Virus record (IMG/VR): IMGVR_UViG_3300027819_000047 | Span: 1-27,420 of that record | DNA length: 27,420 bases | DNA from: a virus | Taxonomy: Duplodnaviria; Caudoviricetes | Strand: one strand, 5' to 3' | In this document: piece by piece, positions 25,282 through 27,420 of the stretch | Layout of the letters: each line of letters starts with the position of its first letter | Position numbering within the stretch: the first letter of the stretch is position 1 | Translations under genes and position numbers: made by a program | The notes under the pieces: generated by a model | Told to the model about the DNA's origin: nothing | Database searches by the model: none | The model's input: the letters and a program-made list of their open reading frames with translations, nothing else

Positions 25282-26191
25282 GACGCAACAACGCACCGTC
25301 TGGAATCTTCGCGGTATTGCGATGGCAAGCCTTGCGAACTGGTCGGGCCGTCTTGAGGATCAACTGGCGCTGGTGCATCTTGCTGGAGCCCGTGGTACTC
25401 AGAACAATTCCGACTGGGTTATCCCGCTGGCATCAGACTCCGATTTCGCGACCATCATGGTCAATTCGGTTGTCGCACCAACGGCAAACCGCAAGTTCTA
25501 CGCCAACGACGCGACTCTCCCGAGCAATCTGGACACGAGCGACATTCTGACCTTGACCGACTTTGACCGCATCGCGAGCGTATTGAAAGACGCGCTTGTG
25601 CCTATGCAGTCGATCCAGATCAAGGGCGACGTGTATGCGTGGAACGATCCGCTGTGGGTGGCGTTCGTCACGAACCGGCAATGGCTGTATCTGCAAACCC
25701 GGACTGGTGAAAAAGGCTGGCGCTCATTCCTGCAAAACGCTTATGAACGGCGTGCGAACGGGATGAGGCATCCGTTGTTCTACGGAGATGTGGGCATGTG
25801 GGCGGGAATCTTGATCCGTCCGATGAACCGCCTCGCCATTCGTTTTGCGGCAGGAGACACTGTTGCATACGACAGCGGAACGACTTCGTTCAGTTCCAGC
25901 AACGCGACCGCTTCGGTTGCAACTGACCGCGCCATTATTGTCGGCGCTCAGGCCCTTCTGAAATGCTACGGGCAGCATCAGGGTAGTGAATACTACTACT
26001 CGTGGCACGAGGAAAAGGTCGATCACGGCAACGCGATTGAAACATCGGTCGCGATGATGGGCGGCGTTGCTAAAACGCGGTTCACCGTGTCGGATGGAAC
26101 GAATGGAATTTCGACCGACTACGGCGTTGCAGTCTGTGACAGTTATGCTCCGGACCCAACCTCGGCGGCTGGTAAAGCGCTTCTGGTCTAA
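25282..26191 (+). CDS. major capsid protein, exon 2
   Basis: G + ACG CAA CAA CGC... gives (M)TQQRTVWNLRGIAMASLANWSGRLEDQLALVHLAGARG; later HPLFYGDVGMWAGILI, DRAIIVGAQAL, WHEEKVDHGN and DYGVAVCDS. Spliced CDS is 1272 nt (423 aa). Confidence 0.9.
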
Positions 26192-26205
26192 CAAGGAGAA
26201 AACAC

Positions 26206-26640
26206 ATGGCTAACTACACCGCCGACAACTACACGCAAAACAATTTCAACAACCCGTATGGGAACAAGTCAACGGTCGATGCGATTCTCACGTTGGGCAC
26301 GTATGCTCAATATGACACGTTCGATCTGGCGAAAATCCCGGCTGGCGCGAGAGTGCTTGGAGGGTTTGTTGTGGTGGCGACTGCGGTCGCTACTTCCACG
26401 ATCTGCGTTGGCATCAAGTACGCAGACGGCACTTCTACCGGCGGCACAACTGGAACTGCGGTCGTTGGGACCGGCGCGACGCTATCAACCGCGCTGGCTC
26501 CGCAAACGCTGTCCTGCGTGCCGTTTGTCAATGACGTTGACACCATTTTGTACGCGACAGTACTCTCACCCGGATTTGCTCCGGGCGCGAATATCCCGTT
26601 GCATGCGGTGCTCGACTATTCGGCAGAGGGCACCAAATAA
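26206..26640 (+). CDS. putative capsid cement/decoration protein
   Basis: AAGGAG RBS; directly after the capsid gene; DTFDLAKIPAGARVL jelly-roll-type motif; Thr-rich. Confidence 0.7.
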   Translation: MANYTADNYTQNNFNNPYGNKSTVDAILTLGTYAQYDTFDLAKIPAGARVLGGFVVVATAVATSTICVGIKYADGTSTGGTTGTAVVGTGATLSTALAPQTLSCVPFVNDVDTILYATVLSPGFAPGANIPLHAVLDYSAEGTK

Positions 26641-26657
26641 AAACTTCGCTGCACATT

Positions 26658-26686
26658 TGCCGGGGGAGAAATCCTCCGGCATTTTT
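26658..26686 (+). terminator. intrinsic terminator after the capsid and cement genes
   Basis: TGCCGGGGGA-gaaa-TCCTCCGGCA followed by TTTTT. Confidence 0.8.
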
Positions 26687-26700
26687 ACCAAGGAGCAGAA

Positions 26701-27183
26701 ATGCGTATCGTGTATCGTGGGACAAAGGAAGTGAAAGCAGACAATGTTGCAGCCACGGGTCTTGTATGGACGCGCGGCCAAGTGCATAAAGTCGAAGAAG
26801 TCGAGAAAGCCGAGAAATTACTGGCTCATCCCCTCATTTGGGCTGATGCAGACAAGCCGTATGAACTGTTGCCGGAACTGAAACCAGTCCCTGCGGAACC
26901 TCGCGTTCATGTCGTGCCATCGAATTCGCAGGACACGTTCTGGGACCCGGTTGTGATCCCGGTTGACGTTGAAGTATTCAAGCGTTTGCAGGCGAAAGAA
27001 CTGACCGCAGTATTCCTGACTGCTGAATCAGTAGCAGCGTTTGACGACTGGAAGCTCGAACGAGATACACGTCCTGACTCTGTTCCGCAGAATACCGGGC
27101 CGAAGCCGCAGGATCTTGAACCGACTGACAAACGTACCCGCGAATGGAAAGAGTGGGCGGCGAGGAACGGGAAGGCTGCGTAA
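26701..27183 (+). CDS. hypothetical head-region protein
   Basis: AAGGAG RBS; YRGTKEVKADNVAATGLVWTRGQV...AEKLLAHPLIW. Confidence 0.75.
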   Translation: MRIVYRGTKEVKADNVAATGLVWTRGQVHKVEEVEKAEKLLAHPLIWADADKPYELLPELKPVPAEPRVHVVPSNSQDTFWDPVVIPVDVEVFKRLQAKELTAVFLTAESVAAFDDWKLERDTRPDSVPQNTGPKPQDLEPTDKRTREWKEWAARNGKAA

Positions 27184-27189
27184 TAAATC

Positions 27190-27420
27190 ATGGCCATTAT
27201 CGTCCCAGTAACAGGCGTCACGATGCAGAACGTGATGGACCTTGCCGGGCTTGATCTTAATGACTCCTCTAAGGTGCGCCATCCGGACTCCGACAGGCTT
27301 AAATTCGCCAATGACGGCGTGGCAAAGGTGCTGGTCATGCGGCCCGATCTGAATTTCGGGAACTACGGCAACGAATACGTTGACCTTGCGGCGGGCGCAG
27401 CTTTCCCGCTCTCACTGGAA
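27190..27420 (+). CDS. putative head-to-tail adaptor (DUF6682/P22 gp4-like), 3' partial
   Basis: Read manually as MAIIVPVTGVTMQNVMDLAGLDLNDSSKVRHPDSDRLKFANDGVAKVLVMRPDL...; LND...NDG...RPD pattern and position; open to the window edge. Confidence 0.7.
   Translation, partial: MAIIVPVTGVTMQNVMDLAGLDLNDSSKVRHPDSDRLKFANDGVAKVLVMRPDLNFGNYGNEYVDLAAGAAFPLSLE

Noticed and set aside
23939-26191. Treating 23939..24310 and 25322..26191 as two genes or a capsid pseudogene
   Set aside because: Exact removal of 24301-25281 at a U.G 5' site and terminal G restores one reading frame, and a complete group I core is present.
1-27420. Diversity-generating retroelement, retron, CRISPR-Cas or alternative genetic code
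   Set aside because: No reverse transcriptase, cas gene or repeat-spacer array was seen, and all long genes read through in the standard code apart from the intron.

Overview
This window is part of a tailed dsDNA phage or prophage genome with a P22-like portal and an N4-gp56-type major capsid protein; a proteobacterial host is my inference. From left to right it contains: (1) a divergent promoter switch at ~100-185 driving small ORFs, a radical SAM protein, RusA, a promoter-driven ~300-nt structured non-coding region and a Cys-cluster protein; (2) a convergent leftward recombination operon (YqaJ-like exonuclease, putative annealase, GIY-YIG endonuclease); (3) a second divergent switch at ~8600-8705 driving an HTH protein, replication initiator, SNF2-like helicase, SPPY DNA methyltransferase, NinB, DUF1364 and a Q-position gene; (4) a pR'/tR'-like late promoter and terminator followed by terminase, portal, a TylF O-methyltransferase and a methyltransferase-GT9 fusion, an initiator-type tRNA-Met, scaffold, capsid and head-completion genes. 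The clearest result is a 981-nt group I intron (24301-25281) with an HNH ORF that splits the major capsid gene; splicing restores a 423-aa protein. The main novelty candidates are a possible virion glycosylation/methylation module beside Thr/Ser/Gly-rich head proteins, a thrice-repeated small pseudoknot (one copy covers the scaffold RBS), three apparently leaderless regulatory genes, and the structured RNA at 2965-3270. Family assignments come from motif recognition only; no database search was run.
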